Under the pieces are notes generated by a model. The model ran no database searches. It was not told the origin of the DNA and saw nothing but the letters and a program-made list of their open reading frames with translations. 18,884 bases of DNA. Source: an uncultured Peptococcaceae bacterium. GTDB lineage: Bacteria; Bacillota; Dehalobacteriia; UBA4068; UBA4997. Location of the stretch: contig CANQPG010000026.1 in NCBI GenBank assembly GCA_947625705.1, positions 1 through 18,884 on the forward strand, written 5' to 3'. A program made the position numbers and the translations under genes. Within the stretch, counting starts at the first letter, position 1. The number at the start of each line of letters is the position of its first letter. Positions 14,356 to 18,884 of this stretch are shown here, in pieces.

Positions 14356-14898
14356 ATGCAGCACTTAGGAGATATAACCAAACTTAACGGCTGGGATATG
14401 CCGCCGGTGGACGTGATCATCGGTGGCAGCCCGTGCCAGGACCTATCGGTGGCAGGAAAGGGCGCAGGGCTGGACGGAGAGCGCAGTGGTTTATTTTTGG
14501 AGCAAATCAGAATTGTTAAGGAGATGAGGGCAGCAGATGAGCAAAGAGGCCGAACAGGTCAGTTTATACGACCTCGGTTTATGGTCTGGGAAAACGTCCC
14601 CGGAGCGTTCTCCAGCCACGGTGGACAAGACTTCCGGCGCGTCCTCGAAGAGGTCATTAGGATCGCGGAGCCGGAAGCCCCCGACGTTCCACTACCTGCA
14701 AAAGGAAAGTGGCCAATGGCTGACTGCTGGTATGGCGATGGCTGGTCCGTTGCCTACCGAGTACACGATGGACAGTTTTGGGGAGTGCCCCAGCGTCGCC
14801 GTCGTATCGCACTTGTCGCAGATTTTGGAGGACACGCCGCACCCGAAATACTGTTTAACCGCCGCCGGGTGTGCGGGGATATTAAAGCGATCTGCTGA
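14356..14898 (+). CDS. Cytosine-5 DNA methyltransferase fragment carrying motifs III, IV, VI and VIII only (catalytic half)
   Basis: MQHLGDITKL (motif III), GGSPCQDLS (motif IV, 14422-14448), FMVWENVPG (motif VI, 14590-14604), GVPQRRRRIALVADF (motif VIII, from 14791). No FxGxG motif I in or upstream of this frame. The start could also be ATG 14272, inside the repeat region. Confidence 0.7.
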   Translation: MQHLGDITKLNGWDMPPVDVIIGGSPCQDLSVAGKGAGLDGERSGLFLEQIRIVKEMRAADEQRGRTGQFIRPRFMVWENVPGAFSSHGGQDFRRVLEEVIRIAEPEAPDVPLPAKGKWPMADCWYGDGWSVAYRVHDGQFWGVPQRRRRIALVADFGGHAAPEILFNRRRVCGDIKAIC

Positions 14899-15886
14899 AC
14901 GCGGCAAGGAAATGCCCTTGGAACTGGAAGCAGTTTTAACATACCAGCGCGATCATTACGATGAGATACTCGCCCTTTTAACGTCAGCATTTGAAAACGC
15001 AGCAGGGTTTAATTTCAAGGCTGGTGCAAAAGCCGGAAGTATCGGGTATGCGCCCGATTGCGCGCCGACATTACAGGCAGAAAGACAAAGCGGCGTGTTG
15101 GTTTATGAAAATCACAGCCAAGACAGCAGATATAGAGGGCCGTTGAATGTAAGCCCTACAATGTCGCGGAAATGGGGAACTGGCGGAAATAATACTCCCA
15201 TTGTTGTCGCGACCGGGCAAGCAAACGCAGAGATAACGGAGGATATGTCTCCAACGCTGAATTGCAACCATGAGCAGCCTATTGTGATTTACGGTATATC
15301 CGCACATAACAGCAAAGCAATGCTATCGGATAATCCGCATAACGGCATTTACCGGGCTGATACCGCACGTACGCTGGACAATAACGGCGGCAATCCGACC
15401 TGCAATCAGGGCGGCATACTGATAATGCAGCCTTATACCACAAGCAAAGTGGCACATACACTGCGACCAAATTCTTGCTACCCTTATCGTCTGGACGCGG
15501 CTACCTATGTTATAGAGCCGTTCGGTTATACGCGCCGCTTTACACCGCTGGAATGTGAGCGCTTACAGGGCTTCCCGGACGGCTGGACGGATATAGGCGA
15601 GTGGACGGACAGCAAAGGGAAACTCCATAAGGCGAGCAGCGATAGTGCAAGGTATCGGGCGCTGGGCAATTCCATAGCCCTGCCGCCGTGGAAGTGGGTG
15701 CTGAAACGCATTTCCGCCTTGTATGAGCGCGACGTCACGATGGGCAGTTTGTTCGATGGTATCGGCGGTTTCCCCTTGATTTGGGAGCAGTTGAATGGCG
15801 CGGGAAGCTGCCTTTGGGCAAGCGAGATTGACGAATTTTGTATCGCCGTGACCAAGCGGCAGTTTGGACGGGAGGTGAGCGAATGA
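14537..15886 (+). CDS. Cytosine-5 DNA methyltransferase fragment carrying TRD, motifs IX and X, then motifs I and II (+1 frame relative to 14356-14898)
   Basis: 449 aa. GAGGG 6 nt before the ATG. LSQILEDTPHPKYCLTAAGCAGILKRSAERGKEMP and NPHNGIYRADTARTLDNNGGNPTCNQGG are TRD-type strings. RRFTPLECERLQGFPDGW is motif IX, ALGNSIALP is motif X. Then MGSLFDGIGGF (motif I, 15749-15772) and WASEID (motif II). The start is uncertain because the first 362 nt overlap the previous ORF. Confidence 0.7.
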   Translation: MSKEAEQVSLYDLGLWSGKTSPERSPATVDKTSGASSKRSLGSRSRKPPTFHYLQKESGQWLTAGMAMAGPLPTEYTMDSFGECPSVAVVSHLSQILEDTPHPKYCLTAAGCAGILKRSAERGKEMPLELEAVLTYQRDHYDEILALLTSAFENAAGFNFKAGAKAGSIGYAPDCAPTLQAERQSGVLVYENHSQDSRYRGPLNVSPTMSRKWGTGGNNTPIVVATGQANAEITEDMSPTLNCNHEQPIVIYGISAHNSKAMLSDNPHNGIYRADTARTLDNNGGNPTCNQGGILIMQPYTTSKVAHTLRPNSCYPYRLDAATYVIEPFGYTRRFTPLECERLQGFPDGWTDIGEWTDSKGKLHKASSDSARYRALGNSIALPPWKWVLKRISALYERDVTMGSLFDGIGGFPLIWEQLNGAGSCLWASEIDEFCIAVTKRQFGREVSE

Positions 15887-18390
15887 GTTTATCGTATAGA
15901 GAATTTCTCCAAACCAAGATGGAGATAGCGCCGGAAAGCGGTTTCGATATTCCGCCGGAAGAAATCAACCCGGCGTTGAAGCCGCATCAGCGGGTAGCCG
16001 TCCAGTGGGCTATAAAGGGCGGCTGCCGGGCGTTGTTTGAGGCTTTTGGTCTTGGCAAGACGGCGCAGCAGCTCGAATGGGCGCGGTTAATCACCAAGCA
16101 CCGGGGCGGCAAGGCGCTGATCGTACTGCCGCTGAATGTTAAACGGGAGTTTCAGAACGACGCTGTGAAGCTGCTGGGGCTTGACGAGCCGGTTTATGTG
16201 CGTAATATGGCCGAGGTCAAAGCGGCTGCCGGTAATATTCTGCTGACCAATTATGAGCGGGTGCGCGACGGAGATATTCAGCCGGAATACTTCACCGCTG
16301 CCAGCTTGGACGAGGCTTTGGTTTTGCGGGATTTCGGCAGCAAAACATACCAGACCTTTTTGCAGAAGTTCAGGCAGGTAAGGTATAAACTGCTGGCCAC
16401 GGCCACGCCGGCGCCAAATCGGTATAAAGAGCTGATCCATTACGCCGGATATTTGGGCGTTATGGATACCGGACAGGCGCTGACGCGCTTCTTCCAGCGG
16501 GACAGCACCAAGGCGAACAATTTGACGCTTTACCCGCACAAGCAGATGGAGTTCTGGCTGTGGGTGAGCAGCTGGGCTTTGTTTATAACGAAACCCTCGG
16601 ATCTGGGGTTTGATGATGAGGGCTATGCGCTGCCGCCGCTCAAGGTAAATTACCACCGTGTGGCCGTCGACCAAAGCACGGCCGGTTTTGAAAAGGACGG
16701 GCAGGCCAGACTGTTCCGTTCAGCTGCTTTATCCTTGCAGGACGAGGCTAAGGAAAAGCGCGACAGCATAGCGGCCAGAGTGGCAAAAATGGTTGAGATC
16801 GTCAATGCTGACCCCGGCGAGCATTTTATTCTGTGGCATGATTTGGAAGCCGAGCCCCACGCGATTAAAAATGCGCTGCCGGAAACCGTGGATATTTACG
16901 GCAGTATGGATATTGAAACCCGCGAAAAGCGGGTCAGTGATTTTGCCAACGGCAGGTGCCGGCTGTTCGCCACCAAGAAGTCTTTATCCGGCAGCGGCTG
17001 CAATTTACAGCGCCATTGTCACCGTGCGATATTCTTGGGCATAGATTACGAGTTTAACGATTTCATTCAGGCCATACACCGCATTTACCGCTTTTTGCAA
17101 AAAGACGAGGTCATTATCGACGTGATCTACACCGAGTCTGAGGATATGATCTTGGAGGCTCTGCAAAAGAAGTGGCGGCAGTTTGATGAAATGACCGAAC
17201 AGATGGTGGCTATAGTTAAAAAATACGGTCTGTCCGGCCAGCATATTCAAGAGAGTTTAGGCCGCAAAATGGGGGTGGAAAGAACGGAGGTTAAGGGAAC
17301 ATATTTTACCGCTATTCATAATGATTGCGTGCAGGAATGTGCCAATATGGCAGATAACAGCGTCGGTCTGATACATACCTCGATACCGTTTGGCAATCAT
17401 TACGAATACTCGGCCAATTATAACGATTTCGGTCATAACGAAAACACGGAGCGGTTTTTCGAGCAGATGGACTATCTGACGCCGGAGCTGCTGCGGATCT
17501 TGCAGCCGGGGCGTGTGTTCGCCTGCCACGTTAAAGACCGTGTGCTGTTCGGCAACGCTACCGGCACGGGTATGCCGACGATCGAGCCGTTCCACGCGCT
17601 GTGCATTGAGCATTACACGAAGCACGGCTTCATGTATTTTGGCATGATAACCGTCGTGACCGATGTCGTGCGTGAGAATAACCAGACATACCGGCTGGGG
17701 TGGTCTGAACAATGCAAGGACGGCAGCAAGATGGGGGTTGGCTGCCCGGAATATATCCTGCTGTTCCGCAAACTGCCCACCGATACCAGCCGAGCCTATG
17801 CCGACGATCCTGTTACCAAGAGCAAGCAGGACTATACGCGGGCACAATGGCAAATTGACGCGCACGGCTATTACCGTTCCTCCGGCGATCGCCTGATCAG
17901 CAAAAAGGAATTGGAGAGCGTGCCGGTGGACAGGCTGCAGGCCGTTTACCGGGAATACAGCCGCCATAACGTATACAGCTATGCCGAACACGTGGCGTTA
18001 GCCAAGAAGCTGGACGTTGAGGGGAAACTCCCCGCCAGTTTTATGGTGGTGGCTCCCGGCTCATGGAGTGATGAGGTTTGGGACGATATAAACCGTATGC
18101 GGACGCTTAACACCAACCAGAGCAAGCGACGCCAGCAGCTGCACGTCTGCCCGCTTCAGCTGGATATTGTCGAGCGGATAATTAACCGCTATTCCAACCA
18201 GGGTGACGTGGTATTCGACCCGTTTGCCGGGTTGTTCACCGTGCCGTATATGGCCGTAAAGATGGGGCGCATTGGCGTGGGCGTGGAGCTTAATCTGGAT
18301 TATTTCCGGGACGGCGTCGGTTATTTACAGGCTGCCGAGGCGAAGATCAGTGAGCCGACGCTGTTTGATTTTTTGGATATTGCCAATTAA
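15883..18390 (+). CDS. SNF2/SF2 helicase fused to a C-terminal amino (N6-A/N4-C) DNA methyltransferase domain
   Basis: ATG 15883 (RBS GGAGGTGA) overlaps the previous TGA as ATGA. Helicase motifs: LKPHQ, GLGKT (16048-16062), DEAL (16309-16320), ATATP, QAIHRIYR. MTase domain of beta-class order: HTSIPFG (17380-17391 = SIPF) upstream of HVCPLQLDIVERII...VVFDPFAGLFTV (18214-18240). Confidence 0.85.
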   Translation: MSLSYREFLQTKMEIAPESGFDIPPEEINPALKPHQRVAVQWAIKGGCRALFEAFGLGKTAQQLEWARLITKHRGGKALIVLPLNVKREFQNDAVKLLGLDEPVYVRNMAEVKAAAGNILLTNYERVRDGDIQPEYFTAASLDEALVLRDFGSKTYQTFLQKFRQVRYKLLATATPAPNRYKELIHYAGYLGVMDTGQALTRFFQRDSTKANNLTLYPHKQMEFWLWVSSWALFITKPSDLGFDDEGYALPPLKVNYHRVAVDQSTAGFEKDGQARLFRSAALSLQDEAKEKRDSIAARVAKMVEIVNADPGEHFILWHDLEAEPHAIKNALPETVDIYGSMDIETREKRVSDFANGRCRLFATKKSLSGSGCNLQRHCHRAIFLGIDYEFNDFIQAIHRIYRFLQKDEVIIDVIYTESEDMILEALQKKWRQFDEMTEQMVAIVKKYGLSGQHIQESLGRKMGVERTEVKGTYFTAIHNDCVQECANMADNSVGLIHTSIPFGNHYEYSANYNDFGHNENTERFFEQMDYLTPELLRILQPGRVFACHVKDRVLFGNATGTGMPTIEPFHALCIEHYTKHGFMYFGMITVVTDVVRENNQTYRLGWSEQCKDGSKMGVGCPEYILLFRKLPTDTSRAYADDPVTKSKQDYTRAQWQIDAHGYYRSSGDRLISKKELESVPVDRLQAVYREYSRHNVYSYAEHVALAKKLDVEGKLPASFMVVAPGSWSDEVWDDINRMRTLNTNQSKRRQQLHVCPLQLDIVERIINRYSNQGDVVFDPFAGLFTVPYMAVKMGRIGVGVELNLDYFRDGVGYLQAAEAKISEPTLFDFLDIAN

Positions 18391-18425
18391 GCGAATGAAA
18401 CTGGACTTTTAAAGGAGGAAAAACA

Positions 18426-18746
18426 ATGAGAGACATTATTAAAGCAACAAAAACAGATGAAACTCACTTTGACCTTATGCTTAATGGAGATGCTATGGAA
18501 ATTCTGCAGGTTGTAGAGAAAGTTTTGCTGCAGGTGGCGCAAAGTCAGCGCGCGACCGGTAATACGAGGGATAGAGTGGCTTTGGGGTATAAGCTTTTGT
18601 GTAATGTTGCCGTCGACGAAGCGTTTAGAGATGAAAACAACTCGGACAAGATGGGGTTTGAGTTCAAAAAACCGGAAATGTCCGAAGATATAAAGGCTGG
18701 TTTGACCGAGGCTCTTTTTGATATGTTGCGGCGCGGTATGCGGTAA
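18426..18746 (+). CDS. Hypothetical phage protein
   Basis: 106 aa. RBS AAAGGAGG 7 nt upstream. No motif recognised. Confidence 0.7.
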   Translation: MRDIIKATKTDETHFDLMLNGDAMEILQVVEKVLLQVAQSQRATGNTRDRVALGYKLLCNVAVDEAFRDENNSDKMGFEFKKPEMSEDIKAGLTEALFDMLRRGMR

Positions 18747-18767
18747 AAGCGGGGAGGACGACCATCA

Positions 18768-18884
18768 ATGACACGGGCAGGCGGTAAGCCGGACGCGCCC
18801 AGTATCTGCTGGAAATGCGCCAGAGCTGGCGGCGGCTTAGGCTGCCCCTGGGTGGACGAGAGCAAAGCCGTTCCGGGCTGGCAA
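18768..18884 (+). CDS. Cys-rich phage protein, N-terminal part (continues beyond the window)
   Basis: ATG 18768 with GGGGAGGA about 9 nt upstream. Reads MTRAGGKPDAPSICWKCARAGGGLGCPWVDESKAVPGWQ and is open to the window edge. Confidence 0.5.
   Translation, partial: MTRAGGKPDAPSICWKCARAGGGLGCPWVDESKAVPGWQ

Larger units (their letters stand above)
6041..18884. mobile_element. Integrated temperate-phage-like element (prophage), left arm; the right end lies beyond the window
   Basis: Order is serine integrase, accessory gene, ImmA, XRE repressor (all minus), then a divergent promoter and a rightward operon of small overlapping early genes and DNA methyltransferases. The lysogeny module is visibly more AT-rich than the flanking host genes. 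Confidence 0.75.

Noticed and set aside
14001-14420. CRISPR array, or coding potential of minus ORFs 14092-14364 and 14133-14420, in the repeat region
   Set aside because: The repeats are short, degenerate and irregularly spaced, with no constant repeat-spacer unit, so this is not CRISPR. The two minus ORFs give Cys/Pro/Leu/Ser low-complexity products, overlap each other in different frames and lack RBSs.
15838-15882. Track start at 15838 for the helicase-MTase ORF
   Set aside because: It would overlap ORF B by 49 nt with no RBS. ATG 15883 has a GGAGGTGA RBS and an ATGA stop-start overlap.
14657-15968. Minus-strand ORFs 14657-14842, 14692-14907, 14754-14990, 15071-15307, 15279-15470, 15526-15855 and 15735-15968
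   Set aside because: Antisense to methyltransferase sequence with clear family motifs. I used them only as evidence that this GC-rich stretch is stop-poor in many frames.
16087-17991. Minus-strand ORFs 16087-16674, 17005-17250 and 17257-17991, and plus off-frame ORFs 16793-17044 and 17663-17896, inside the helicase-MTase gene
   Set aside because: Shadows of an 835-aa ORF that has ordered SF2 helicase and MTase motifs. No RBSs.

Overview
The window looks like a moderately GC-rich Firmicutes/Clostridia-type chromosome. That placement is an inference from Gram-positive-style AGGAGG ribosome-binding sites and gene content. It has two parts.

(1) nt 1-6040 is ordinary host DNA. It holds the 3' part of an ABC ATPase coupled to a 760-aa membrane protein, a membrane-anchored protein on the minus strand, hpt, a GIY-YIG-like protein, and rdgB. 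It also holds a 48-aa Asn/Gln-repeat micro-ORF on the minus strand that is absent from the ORF track. The units are separated by clear bidirectional hairpin terminators.

(2) nt ~6041 to the window end is the left arm of an integrated temperate-phage-like element.
- Lysogeny module: a large serine recombinase abuts the rdgB terminator. It is followed by an AT-rich YHYH-motif membrane gene, a membrane-anchored ImmA-type metalloprotease and an XRE/CI-like repressor, all on the minus strand.
- Switch region: a consensus TTGACA-17-TATAAT promoter with operator-like repeats.
- Early operon: a rightward run of tightly packed small genes (Cro-like HTH, HNH/NinG-like, Zn-ribbon proteins, a 3D-domain protein and others).
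- Repeat region: about 355 nt that is stop-ridden in the six-frame track and carries degenerate repeats.
- DNA-modification module: described below.

The most unusual content is the methylation module. It contains a cytosine-5 methyltransferase whose motifs run III-IV-VI-VIII / TRD-IX-X-I-II, which is a circular permutation. The enzyme is encoded in two ORFs that overlap by 362 nt in different frames, and both frames read like real protein. The second ORF is translationally coupled to an SNF2-helicase/amino-methyltransferase fusion with non-canonical catalytic motifs.

No rRNA, tRNA or CRISPR array was recognised. All family assignments come from motif reading by eye, and none has been checked against a database.
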